Positions 1 to 12,137 of a stretch of DNA of 52,070 nucleotides are shown here, in pieces. This DNA is from Octopus bimaculoides (lineage: Eukaryota). The notes beneath the pieces are model-generated. The model made no database searches and was not told the origin of the DNA. It saw nothing but the letters and a program-made list of their open reading frames with translations. The stretch covers positions 41,720,163 to 41,772,232 of the forward strand of contig NC_068987.1 of assembly GCF_001194135.2 (NCBI RefSeq), written 5' to 3'. The translations under genes were made by a program, and so were the position numbers. Positions within the stretch are counted from its first letter, which is position 1, and the number at the start of each line of letters is the position of its first letter.

Positions 1-113
1 CATAAGGGTTTTTTCGTTGTAAGGCTTTCTTTTTTAGTTGATTTTCAGCTAGCAAGACTTATCGTAGATGGCATAATAAGTCACAACCGGACAAGGTCGG
101 GTTATACTGCTAG
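1..113 (+). mobile_element. Helitron-like 3' terminus (window edge)
   Basis: Subterminal imperfect hairpin ACCGGAC-aag-GTCGGGT (86-102), then CTAG|T at 110-114. The same ~110 bp recurs at ~1417-1524. Confidence 0.55.
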
Positions 114-114
114 T

Positions 115-1523
115 TTATAATAAAGCTGAAATTGTGTATCTGTGTGAAACCTTTTTAAACATTATAGAAATCCACATTTTTCACTTTTTCGTAAAAATTT
201 TTACACCAATAGAATCTTTTCGATGTGCACTTTCCAGTGCAGTAATTAGATTTTTAAAATTCCGTTTACTTTGTGTGATTTAAGGGAGATTTGGCTGTTA
301 TTTCTAGCAACTTTTATATTTCTTCCCTTCTACCTGGAATGGCGTTCTTACACACGTGCTCAACATATATAGAGAGTAAGAGTAAAAGAGGGAGAGAGAG
401 AGATAGAAAGTGATACATACAAAGTCATAGATTAACTTCCTCTCTCCCATTTAATAGCTATCTCTCTACCTCTAACATATTTTTCATAACATAGAAACAT
501 AAAAACACACACAACCACACATACGTGATCTGTGGCAACATATACATAAACACATCAACATTATAGATATAAGATTTAGTTTGTGTGTGTTTCTTATATA
601 AACACGCGCACGCATTGCTATTTTATAACTGTCTTCCATTCTCCCTTCCTCTCTTTCTCTACCTCTCTCCCTCTTCTCTCTCGCTCCCTCAAACACATAC
701 ATGCGCACGTATACACAAGCATTCACTACAATATAACACATGTTCGTCAATGTTTTGTAAATATACAAACTATGGAGCTTATGTAGACAGGACAACACTA
801 GGGTGTTAGGGTTTGGGTTTAGGATTACGGTTAGGGTTAGTGTTACGGTTACGGTCTTAGGGTCAGGGTTAGGGTTTTAGGGTTAGGGTTTAGGGTTAGG
901 GTTAGCATTAGGGTTAGGTAATCGTGCGGGTGTTAATCTGAAAAATTACCGAAATGTGAAAACTACTGACCCTGCCATCTGTTATAACTTTTGTTGTATT
1001 GTTTAATATGTGCATAGATTATGCCTCCAAAGAAGAGAGCTTGCTGGAGAAAGAAAGCAACCAGTTTAAAAAGACAGCAACAGACTGCAGCAATTCGCCA
1101 CATTCCAGAAGCTACTTTGAACATAATGCAAAATGGTGCATCCACATCTACGGCCCAATCTGATAGAATTCGTGCAGAACTGTGTCGCAACAGATCGCCA
1201 GCAATTGCTTCATCAGAAATTGCCTTCGTAGCTCCTGCGAAAAGGGATTACCCTGCTATGTATAATCATGGCAGCGCAAAAAGTTGTTTTGCACAAGCAT
1301 TTGTATAGTCAATTAGACGGATGAAATTTACGTACACTTAATAATGTTACGCAAAACAGCCTTCAGACTTTCCCTATTAATTTCATCGTCTTTTGAATTA
1401 TGAACATATTTACATCATAACGGTTTTTTCGTTGTAAGGCTTTCTTTTTTAGTTGATTTTCACCTAGCAAGATTTATCATAGATGGCGTAATAAGTCACA
1501 CCCGGACAACGTTATACTGCTAG
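115..1523 (+). mobile_element. Non-autonomous Helitron-like unit in tandem with the preceding end
   Basis: Ends in the same terminal sequence and CTAG|T (1520-1524). Contains microsatellites, a TTAGGG tract and a short ORF (1021-1308). Confidence 0.45.
798..918 (+). repeat. Degenerate (TTAGGG)n telomere-like tract
   Basis: About 120 bp of TTAGGG with TTACGG, TTTAGGG and TCAGGG variants. Confidence 0.85.
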
Positions 1524-2280
1524 TATGTCTTGAAAGTGATTCCCTCTTCTGAATCATATTTAAATTCATTTGTTGAATTTGCTACATGATCTGGCTCAAA
1601 TGTATTTTCCGGTTTTGTTACCAACTTCATTAGTTGTAGCATTTGTTGCTGTTTTTGCAGCTCAACAAACCCTCTCACAAGTTTTCCATAATTTTATGGA
1701 TTTTTCATAGAATATATATACAACAAAAATGTTTGTTACTTCTTTGTCAAGTTTTTAATTTCACCATATAAAAAATTTTTCAACATTGTCCACATGAATT
1801 GTTTATATCCTAATTGCCACTATTATAATGGGGATCCTCGTCCACTTGTATGTTGTCATCAGCACTGTAATATTCTTGTCACCACTACTATGTTGTGGCG
1901 GTATTCCACATCTTATTATCTTTGACTCGTCTATCAGGGATACCTGATAGCTCTGCAAGACAACTTTGAAATGTGTACCTTGGCAGTAACTTGAACTCGT
2001 ATATATCATGTAACTGACACTGACCCCAACTGAGGACTTGTACAATGACTCTACTACTACTGACCTCCTACAACAACTAACTGTCTGACTTTATAGTGGC
2101 TGTGCCATACCACTTTGTCACGTGAGAAGGAGTGTACCATTTTCACTACAACAATTATGCACACATTCACAAGTACTGACAGAATATACTTGTATTCCAA
2201 GTCACAGACAGGTACACTCACTGCACAAATTCCACAGTCAACTGTAGGCCCCAGATCTAAATGCATGGTGAAAAATAAGC

Positions 2281-2541
2281 AATAACAGATGGATTGAGGT
2301 TCACCAGAGCTGTTTCAGACGTGTTCTCTATTGATGAACAAAAGTGTTACATCATGCAAAAAACCTGGTTTTCTTCAGGTGAATAAAGAGTAAAATTTAA
2401 CTTATAATTTCTCACAAAATAGACCATTCACTCTTTATTCACCTGAAGAAAACAGTTTTTTTTCATGACTTAATGATCTTGTTCATAAATAAAGAATATG
2501 TCTGAAACAGCTGTAGTGAACCTCATTCCATTTGTGCTATT
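2281..2541. mobile_element. Fold-back element (arms ~2281-2393 and ~2428-2541) next to (TA)n, probably PLE terminal-repeat derived
   Basis: The arms are reverse complements and each has CTGAAGA...GAAAcagct hammerhead-type motifs. Confidence 0.6.
2438..2520 (+). ncRNA. Type I hammerhead ribozyme-like motif
   Basis: Stem I ttcac/gtgaa, CTGAAGA (2443-2449), GAAA (2504-2507), palindromic stem III ACAGCTGT, GUA triplet (2513-2515). Stem II aaaca/tgtct has one mismatch and a long loop. Confidence 0.6.
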
Positions 2542-2569
2542 TTTTTTATATATATATATATATATATAT

Positions 2570-2828
2570 AATTAGAGATGTACTTGCACAGCAAGTGACC
2601 TGATCTGAGATCATGTGCTAAAACAAACATTTGCAATGTGGAAGGTGTTTATAAGCCATTTAAAAACACACAAAAACCATTAGATTCACTTCAACATCTA
2701 AATTTAGTTTGCCAAAATATTTTCGTCGCTTTGAGACCGCAACCTGTTCACTGACAAAATTCCGTGCAGCACGGAATCTAATGGTTTTTGTATATTTTTA
2801 AATGGCTTATAAACACCTTCCATGATGC

Positions 2829-2830
<2 letters not shown>
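2570..2830. mobile_element. Second fold-back element embedded in (TA)n
   Basis: Inverted arms ~2641-2688 and ~2774-2821; central hairpin attccgtgc-a-gcacggaat (2759-2777). Confidence 0.65.
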
Positions 2831-2874
<44 letters not shown>

Positions 2875-4126
2875 GGAGACAGAGAGAGAGATAACGTTCA
2901 TATGTGTTTCTATATTTATTTGCCCATGCTTGTATGCGCTATGTGCTTTTCCTACACTCATACTGCCCAGCCAAGTATTCTCTGCTTCTCATTACCTAAC
3001 CCTTCCCCCCAACTCATTGTACCACCTGTTACTGCATTCCTCTCTTCTCACCTTACTTACATTCCTCTTTCTCATTATTCTTCCTTGGATATGCTTCTAG
3101 TTATTCCCCCTCTCTCATGCTTCATCTTAATACCTGATATATCACCTGTATTTCCCAACACTTTTGCATATTTGTCATCATGCCCACTCACTACAGTTAC
3201 GCCTTAAGTGCCTCTAATTCACTCTCTCCACCACTACTATGCCTTGTTTACCATCCACTCCCTGAACTGTCATTCCCCCACCAACTGATATTTTCCCTCA
3301 AGCTGCACCTCTATTCATCATTCGTTACATTCACTTCTATCCCCATCTCTAGCCATTTGGTACTCTCCTGTCACTGACCTCCCCTCTTGATCCACTGCTT
3401 GTATCATCTCTTGCTTTTCAAAGGTTTTGCTCTGGCACTCTATCATTACCATCTTACCCTTTTCCTAGATATTTCCACCTACTCATATATAAATGTCGGG
3501 TAGCCATGTATCTGCTGGTCCCTGGCATAAAAATCACCTCGCCACCCTCTCAAATACTTCCATCACTTAGTTGAGAGGGCCTTTCCCTTTTCTCTTGTTT
3601 TTTTCCTTTTCTTGGCCTTTCTTGTGCTGCAAATTATTTGGCAACCCCCATCTTTTTGAAGATAACACAATGTGATTTGAAGGAGTTTTCATTGTTATAT
3701 CTTGTTTCTTGTCTCATGAATTACTAATTATTAATTAAAAAGTACTTTGAAAGTAAAAAAAAAAAAAGAAAGAAATTCCAAGAACTAATTTTTATTTAAA
3801 ATTCTTGGGGAAGTTTTCAATTAAACAAGATGGAATGCCTTTCCAAATTAAGGGAACTGAAATAATTTCCTTAAATTTTTTAGTTAAATGTTCACAAAAA
3901 TTATCTGAATTATTTATGAAAAGTAATAAAAAGGCCCAGAATCATCAACATAATTTATAATTAAAGTGCATATATGAAGATCTTTGCTTATTGCAATGGT
4001 CAGCATGTAATGCATGACTTGTCATTGTTTCTTTTAAATTCTCATTTACAAATATATAATGCTATGTTAGCTATTACCTGGGGAATGGAGTAGTAAGAAG
4101 CAAAAGCAGGTTTACAAATGGTTTCA

Positions 4127-4132
4127 TTTATT
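4127..4132 (-). promoter_or_regulatory. Candidate HARS polyadenylation signal AATAAA
   Basis: First AATAAA on the minus strand after the stop codon; another lies at 3791-3796. Confidence 0.5.
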
Positions 4133-4194
4133 GGTAAAGTAAATAAAATTTGGCCCAAAACATCTTGCAGCAAACTAGAATTAAATTATTCAAT

Positions 4195-4251
4195 TTAAGC
4201 TTTCAGTGCTTTTTTGATTTCCTTGATGTAACTTTCTCGTGGAATTGTGCA
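4195..4251 (-). CDS. HARS: HARS terminal coding exon (CTIPRESYIKEIKKALKA*)
   Basis: Strong acceptor ttctttctttacAG. Phase-0 continuation that aligns with the HisRS C-terminus (xxxRxxxxxEIK). TAA at 4195-4197, AATAAA about 60 nt downstream. Confidence 0.88.
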   Translation of the reverse strand, partial: CTIPRESYIKEIKKALKA

Positions 4252-4999
4252 CTGTAAAGAAAGAACAAATATTTTAGATAGATTTAACCCTTTTGATAAT
4301 ATACTGAAAATGTCTCTGGTTCTATGGTGCAGATTTCCTGTATTAAAGTAATATAAATAAAAATGTTCCATTAAAATTTCATGTTAATTCATATTTCAAG
4401 CACTATCTTAATAATGACAAAATTATTTTATTAAATTCATCATTATTTTCAAAATTCATTGAAACAAAGAAATATGATAACAAAAGAGTTTAAGTTATAT
4501 AAATTAAAACCTTCCATCAAGATTTTATGTTAATTTATGTTACAAACATCAGCTTAATAAAGATAAACTTATTGAACTAAATTTTTGATTATTTTCAAAA
4601 TTAACTGAAATAAAGCAATGTCTTTCAACAGAAATATAAAAACAAAAGGGTTGAAAAAAATTAAAAGCAAGAATTAGATTTTTTTTTCTGTATGAAATGT
4701 TTTTCAAAGTATTATATATTCAGTCATGTAAATAAGGTTTTTATACATTTTGTATGTGAATATATCCAGTGTTGATAGCATGAATGGCTAATTCAAGAGG
4801 ATCCTTAGAAAACTAAGAGGTTGGGAATTTATATACAGTTACTACCATTACAAGGTATCTAAGGTTATGATATTTAACTCTCAAACGTCCCAGTCCTCCA
4901 AGCTACAGCTTAGGAACCACAACTAACAGTAACACTAAAACTGACAATTCATTTATATGATTGCAATGTTGAATATTTTTACCTCAAACCTTTCTTTAA

Positions 5000-5790
5000 C
5001 TAGTTGGCTTTGCCTTATGTGTATGTGGATCTGGGCAAATGTGACTAAGGTGAACAGTATTTTTGATTTGCATAACTGATATGCCTGCAGGCATCCTTGC
5101 AAACCCTCTTACCTGATACTGAATGCTGTTCCCTGGGTCCCTATTTACTCTTTCCACTCTACCCACATCCTTAGAGTAGGCACAGTCAATGAAAGCACAT
5201 TCCAAGGTAGGTTTGGTGAGATTGTTGAAATGTGAGAATGGAGGAATGTAGATGTGTGCTGCATGCAAGATACAGGGGGCCTCAGCCAGATACCTCACAG
5301 GTAAAGAACAGATATAATTCTGTTGGAAAGGCAATAGTGATTGTAAGGAGGACATGGGGATAATTTTAGCTGAGAACTGGGTGAATAAAGTGATCGAGGT
5401 AGTCAGAGTGTGTGATTGGATAATTATGCTTAGACTAGTCTTGAAAAATACATCAACAACTTATTTTCTTTGTCTGTGATTCCAAAAAAGTAGGACTGTC
5501 ATATCTAAGATTGATTTTATGATACTCTTTTTCAGATTACCTCAATGATGAACATCAGTGACCTTATTTTCATGGCTAGTTACCTCAATGGACATGTTGG
5601 GCAGCATCATAGTGGCTTCCATGGTGTGATGGAGGTTATAGTTTTGGTACCCAAAATGAAGACAGAACAAAGCTATAGGAGTTTTGTGATGAAATTACCT
5701 GATGATCTGCAACACTAACCAGCCAATCCTCTGATCACCTATCAATCTGATGCTCACACAAGCAAAATTGACTACATCCTCACCTATTAC
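5000..5790 (+). mobile_element. Degenerate RTE-clade LINE 5' part (APE endonuclease remnant)
   Basis: Frameshifted LRVGTVN..VDVCCMQ..NKVIEVVRVCD..LRLVL..GDFNGHVG..KIDYIL, homologous to the APE region at ~36270-37170. Confidence 0.75.
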
Positions 5791-7409
5791 CCCCACCAAC
5801 CCACACCTACCTCCTCCACCTTCCCCTCCAACTGATTTTCATGACTGACCAATTACTACATTTCTCTCTATCCCTCAACTACTTGCCTCTCACATTCTCA
5901 CAAACTTGCATACTCACTCATACCACACTCTTTATTCACCTTCCAGTAACTTGAAGATATGCTGACACACCCTCACACCATCCTCCTCCTCTTCCAACGG
6001 GAGTAACCATGACATTTGTTGCTTGACATATGTTCCTATCCCTCTATCATACTTTAACCTCTCATCATCTGGCATAAAGCTACCACTCTCCAGCCCTCAG
6101 TTGAGGAGTAATGTCTTGTGAGTTATTTGGTAACTTCCCTAGTGCTGGTACCATTTAAAAAGCACCCAGTACACTCTGTAAAATGGCAGGTCTTAGGATG
6201 GGCATCCAGCCATAGAAGTCATGCCAAAGCAGACATTGGAGCCTGATGCAGTCCTCTGGTTTGTCAGCTCCTGTCAAACCTTCAACCCATGCCAGCATGG
6301 AAAACAGATGATAATGTTGACAGCTATAACTCAGAGATGAACTCCACCATGGTTATATACAACATGTAAGATGATTGTTATTGTTAATCTTATTTGTGGG
6401 AAGAGTGAACCTTCAGCTACACCAGTCAATGCCTCTCTTTTTAAGAGAGGAGGATGTGGTTTGAGGAAGAGTTGGCAGTTTGTTTCTAGCAAGGCAAACA
6501 ACTGCATAGCGGGTCTTCCGTGGTTTATGTAAATTATACAACAGTCTCAATAAGAAAATGAAGTTTTCAATGGTGACTTAACAAATCAGTCTGTAGCTCA
6601 CCAATCACCACATCATCATTATTATTGCTTTGACTTTTACTTTCCCATCCCTCATGGGTCAGATAATTTTATTGAGGCAGATTTTCTACAGCCAAATGCC
6701 CTTCCTGTTGCCAAACCTCACTAGTTTCCAAATTAATTGATATTTCTCCATTGCTAGATATGTCTTCACACAAGATTGGGAACAAAGAATGTCACTTGTC
6801 TTACAGTGACATTCATTTACAATTACCACACAATGTCAAGACAAGGATACCCACACACCCCATATATATCTACTGGTGTACATTTTCCTCAGTTCACCTG
6901 GCTGTCAGGCAAAGGTATCAGGTCATCTGAAATTATTACCAGTGTTAGACAAACACCCTACTTGTAGTGACATTTGCCTTCCACCTACAGTACACCATAA
7001 CACCAGGGAGACTATAAGGTTGCTTGATGTAATAGAAATATTACAGCCAAATCTCTGTCAAATCAAACCCTACCTCGTTAGAAAAGGTCATTCAGTAATG
7101 TAGCTTCTGGGTTCCCAGCACACAAGTAAAAAACCACAGGATGGTCATGACTGGAATGCCTTTTGATCATAGATCTACTCAGTCAGGGCTCACCAGGAGC
7201 TAAACAATAATTAGCAGTCTTTAAAAATCTGTTGGGCTTAGAATATATATTCAAGGATGTGTGTGCTCATCACCAGTCACAAAGAGAGACACTCTGTACA
7301 GTAAAGAAGGGGTTTACATCTGCAACATAAAATAGTTTTAAAATACTCCTGTCCGAAAGACACCAACATATGACAATTTTTAAGCGTAACAAGATTTAAA
7401 ATTATCTTT

Positions 7410-8600
7410 CTACGAAGACCTGTTGAGGCAAGTGAAATCGAAATTGAGTTAAATTCAACAACTGGCACCCATGCCAACGTTGTCTCCTTCATTGGACACG
7501 AAACTCAGCTAGCGAAGACTTATTGGGGAAAGTGAAATCGTGAAGGCACCTGTGCCCAGCGTCGCCTTTCTGGTACTTGTACCCGTGGCATGTGTAAGGA
7601 CTTTCGAGAGAGATCGTTGCCAGTGCCCATGGACTGGCTCTTGTGCGGGTGGCACATAAAATACACCATTTTGAGCGTGGCCGTTGCCAGTACCGCCTGA
7701 CTGGCCTTCGTGCGGGCGACACGTAAAAGCACCCACTACACTCTCTGAGTGGTCGGCGTTAGGAAGGGCATCCAGCTGTAGAAACTCTGCCAAATCAGAT
7801 TGGAGCCGGGTGTAGCCATCTGGTTTCACCAGTCCTCAGTCAAATCGTCCAACCCATGCTAGCATGGAAAGCAGACGTTAAATGATGATGATGATGATGA
7901 TTAATNNNNNNNNNNNNNNNNNNNNNNNNNNNNNNNNNNNNNNNNNNNNNNNNNNNNNNNNNNNNNNNNNNNNNNNNNNNNNNNNNNNNNNNNNNNNNNN
8001 NNNNNNNNNNNNNNNNNNNNNNNNNNNNNNNNNNNNNNNNNNNNNNNNNNNNNNNNNNNNNNNNNNNNNNNNNNNNNNNNNNNNNNNNNNNNNNNNNNNN
8101 NNNNNNNNNNNNNNNNNNNNNNNNNNNNNNNNNNNNNNNNNNNNNNNNNNNNNNNNNNNNNNNNNNNNNNNNNNNNNNNNNNNNNNNNNNNNNNNNNNNN
8201 NNNNNNNNNNNNNNNNNNNNNNNNNNNNNNNNNNNNNNNNNNNNNNNNNNNNNNNNNNNNNNNNNNNNNNNNNNNNNNNNNCCGCGGCATGTGTAAGGAC
8301 TTTCGAGCGAGATCGTTGCCAGTGCCCCTGGACTGGCTCTTGTGCAGGTGGCACATAAAATACACCATTTTGAGCGTGGCCGTTGCCAGTACCGCCTGAC
8401 TGGCCTTCGTGCGGGCGACACGTAAAAGCACCCACTACACTCTCTGAGTGGTCGGCGTTAGGAAGGGCATCCAGCTGTAGAAACTCTGCCAAATCAGATT
8501 GGAGCCGGGTGTAGCCATCTGGTTTCACCAGTCCTCAGTCAAATCGTCCAACCCATGCTAGCATGGAAAGCAGACGTTAAATGATGATGATGATGATGAT
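7410..8600 (+). mobile_element. RTE LINE 3' UTR/tail with (GAT)n, present twice around an N gap
   Basis: aggaagggcatccagctgtagaaac..gacgttaaatgatgat tail; ~7590-7905 and ~8283-8600 are near identical. Confidence 0.8.
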
Positions 8601-8905
8601 TAATGATTAAACAAACATAGCATGAGAGGTGTCAGTTAAAACAAATAACACCTCACACACAAGACCTATCACACATTTTGCTAAAGTTCTCTTCACTTCC
8701 CTTATGACTTACATGGCAATTAAGGAATGCCCAGTGTGGAATTAAAAGGATCAATTTGCCTGAGATCAGTTTACAACTGAAATCAAAGACCAAGTTATCA
8801 TCATCATCATCTTTTAGCATCTGTTTCCATACTGGCATGGGTTGGATGGTTTGACAGGATCAGACAAGCCAGAGGGCTGCATTGGGCTCCAATATCAACT
8901 TGGAG

Positions 8906-8940
<35 letters not shown>

Positions 8941-8970
8941 CAGAAGAAAATGGATATAATAAAAATGGGA

Positions 8971-9024
8971 AACTTGTGGTTTTCGCTGGTATGCCTTAAG
9001 GCATACCAGCGAAAACCACAAGTT
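8971..9024. repeat. Perfect 54-bp palindrome
   Basis: aacttgtggttttcgctggtatgcctt|aaggcataccagcgaaaaccacaagtt; 27-bp arms, no spacer. Confidence 0.95.
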
Positions 9025-9244
9025 ATATAACCTAAACTACGGTTTACCAACCAAACCACCTGCTACCGTACAACCTTACAAAAGACTGTACCTACCCAGG
9101 TAATAACTAGGAGCAACTATGGATTTAATTATCCCTTAGAGGTATTAAACCTCTCTAACTGATACCTACACTATATATATATATAAACACACACACATGC
9201 GCGCACACTATTTTATGAAAGCTGAAAAATAAAAACTCTTCACG

Positions 9245-9286
9245 AACCATTACTCAGAGTTTCATGTGACTTTTCATCAGACAGTT
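9245..9286 (-). ncRNA. Minimal hammerhead-like motif with collapsed stem II
   Basis: Minus strand reads aactgt-CTGATGA-aaagtcacat-GAAA-ctctgagTA-atggtt. Stem I is 6 bp with two GU pairs, stem III is ACTC/GAGT, triplet GUA. Confidence 0.5.
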
Positions 9287-9324
9287 GTGATAATACAAAC
9301 TATATGTAGTCTGTATTATAGTTA

Positions 9325-10372
9325 AATGTACAGAAAATAGACTCCATCAACTGCCAAGGGGATATTCTAGAGCTAGTAGATAGCTTCGATTATCTAAGTG
9401 ACCAAGTCAGTAGCAGAGGAGGATGCTCTGAGAGCTGCAAGAATAGGAATAGGCTGGGCAAAGTTCAGAGAGCTCCTACCTTTACTGGCAACAAAGGGAT
9501 TCTTCCTCAGTGTGAAAGGCAAACTGTATGATACCTGTGTGAACAGCTATGCTACACAGAAGTGAAACATGGGCTGTGATAGCTGAGGACATGCATAGGC
9601 TTGAAAGAAATGAAGCTAGTATGCTTTACTGGATGTGCAATGTCAGTGTGCATGTATGACAGACTGTAAGCATCTTGAAAGAAAAGTTAGGCATAAAAGG
9701 CATAAGATGTGGTGTGCAAGAGGGACGACTGTGCTGGTATGGTTGTGTGATGCATACGGATAAGAACAGCTATGTACAGAAGTGCCGATTACTAACTGTG
9801 GAGGGAACCTGCGGTAGAGGTAGACCCAGGAAGACATGGGACAAAGTGATGAAGTATGATCTTCAAACTTTAGGCTTCACGGAGGCAATGACTAGCAATT
9901 GAGACCTTTGGTGATATGCTGTGCTTGAGAAGATCCGTGAAGCCAAGTGAAATTGTAGTCATGACTGATGCTGGTATCATGTAACTGATACCCATGCTAG
10001 TGGCACATAAAAAGCTCCATTCAAGTGTTGGCCTCATGGAGGCAAGGTAGCTGATGCTGGTGGCACGTGAAAAGCATCTTCCGAGTGTTGGGCCTCATGG
10101 AGGCAATGATGAATGACTGAGACTTTTGGCATTATGTAGTGCTTGAGAAGAAGACACAGCAAGCCAAGTGAAATCATAGTCATAGCAGATACTGGTGTCA
10201 TGCAACTGGCACTTGTGCCAATGGCACGTAACAGCACCCATTACACTCTCAGAGGGGGTGACATTAAGAAGGGCATCCAGCCATAGAAAACTTGCCAAAT
10301 CAGACTAGAGTCTGGTACAGCCTTCCAGCTTCCCAGCATGGACAACGGATGTTAAATGATGATCATGATGAT
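9325..10372 (+). mobile_element. 5'-truncated RTE LINE (RT C-terminus plus 3' UTR)
   Basis: Degenerate ARIGIGWAKFRELLPLL..GRGRPRKTWDKVMKYDL, then a modular UTR and a GAT tail. Confidence 0.9.
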
Positions 10373-10739
10373 ATATGTGTGATACATTTTAGAATTATGT
10401 GGAATAACTATTCATATATTTTCTTTTGATATTTATTTATTTAGAAGTAAATCAACCAAGCTGTTGCTATATCCTGTCATTGATATCTATTTGGGATATA
10501 TAAGGCATTTGGACTAAACTTGATGATTTTTTATGCCCACTTTTTTAAGGACAGCTTGATGTATTGATGAACAGTCAACAGAGTTGGAGAGCATAAAGAT
10601 TAAAGTTGTAATAGAAAAAAAGTTAGCTGACATGGAGGACTGGAAGTCATCTGAAAATTAGTAAAAAGTTACCTGTATCATTATGATTCACACCAGGTAT
10701 CAAAATACTGACACCATGACTGCTGTTCAATGCTCTGTA

Positions 10740-11382
10740 AACACAATAAAGGTGTAAGACATGACATGGACATTATGAAAACCAAATTACCCCAAACTGT
10801 GATAGTCTTTGGGTGTGTCTCCAATGAGGGTAATGTCATGCCATCCCACATCTTTGAAAGGGTCTTAAGCTCAATTCAGACAGCTATGTGAAGCTATTGA
10901 AGACAGCAGTCAAATCCTGGCTGGTGAGGGTTGCTGATGAAAGACCATATGTGTGGCAGCAGGATTCAATTCCTTGCCATGCCACCAGAAGTGGTTGTTG
11001 GACAATTTCTATGACTTCACCAGTCCCAATTTCTGGCCTCCTAATTCTCCTGATTATAATCCCATGGATTATTATGTGTAGGGCTTAGTTGAGAAAGACA
11101 CCAACTGCTTTGCCTGCAGTACCATGGCTGAGCTGGTGGCCAAGATCAAGGAGGTGTTCGAAGATCTTTCCAGGAATACAGTGAGGAATGCATACACCGG
11201 GTTCCAGAGTTGTCTTGAGGCCATGATAGAAGCTGAGAGCAGCTAGTTTGAGTAAACTATTATCTCTCAGCCATAATCTAGTTGAAACTTTTTTTATTTT
11301 TTAAAAACACTTTTATTTTTGGATAGGATACTGTTTTTGTTTTCCTTATATGCAAACTGTCAAAGTTAGCCCAAACATCCTG
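10740..11382 (+). mobile_element. Tc1/mariner (maT/DD37D-like) transposase remnant with right TIR
   Basis: VWQQDSIPCH and frameshifted WPPNSPDYNPMDYYV motifs; element end ..acatcctg|TA at 11382. Confidence 0.8.
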
Positions 11383-12137
11383 TAGTTAACTGTTTTTGCC
11401 GGGAACACATGGCATAATAATGCATCCTTGATAAAGTTGTTTGGCACTGTCTTATGATGTAAAGGTTGTAAAACACATAATACAATTTTGGAAGAAAAAA
11501 AAAACAAATTATTTTTACATCCATTTTTCCATGACTACATCAGTGAGATGATTTACTTGTTGAAGCATTTGTTTTTATATTGAGATATACTTCCTACTAC
11601 AAACTACTCAGTGATGGAGTGGAGACTAATTAGGTTCAGTAAATTAAACTGGTGCCAGCAGGATTATTTACTTTGCTCAGTAATACAATCCCTTGGTTGC
11701 AGTAAGGTGTGAAATTACAATTGTATGTGGCTTGTAGCCCAGCTCCTTAAACTGTCAGCCAATATGCTTTCATAATATTAAAAGACGTTAAAAAAAAAGG
11801 AAAAAAAGGACTGGGAATGTGCCTTAGAAATCTTTCTGGTCTGGTACTAGTTTCTTGATGTGAAATAGAAAATATATGTTCCCCTTGATTGCATGATAAT
11901 CTATCTCATACAAAATCCCTAAATGTCTTTGCATTACATAACCTTAATTCAAGCAAATTGAGGTACATGTAAAATGACAGGCTTGCAGTGGATCTGAACA
12001 CAAGACTTTTGAGCAATTAATCAAGCAGATGCTTGCCCTTTTGCTTCTACAATATTGTCCTTAAGGTCAATAAAAATTTGACAGGAAGTTTTACATTCAG
12101 TTGAAATTCTACTCCCTTTCTGAAAACAGATGCTTAC

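Noticed and set aside
798-918. True chromosome end
   Set aside because: The tract is short, degenerate and flanked by ordinary sequence on both sides.
1803-2266. Possible LTR-retrotransposon gag/protease remnant
   Set aside because: No recognisable motif could be read with confidence; needs a profile search.
7590-8600. Tandem duplication of the RTE tail
   Set aside because: Near-identical copies flank an N gap, so this is most likely contig-overlap artefact.
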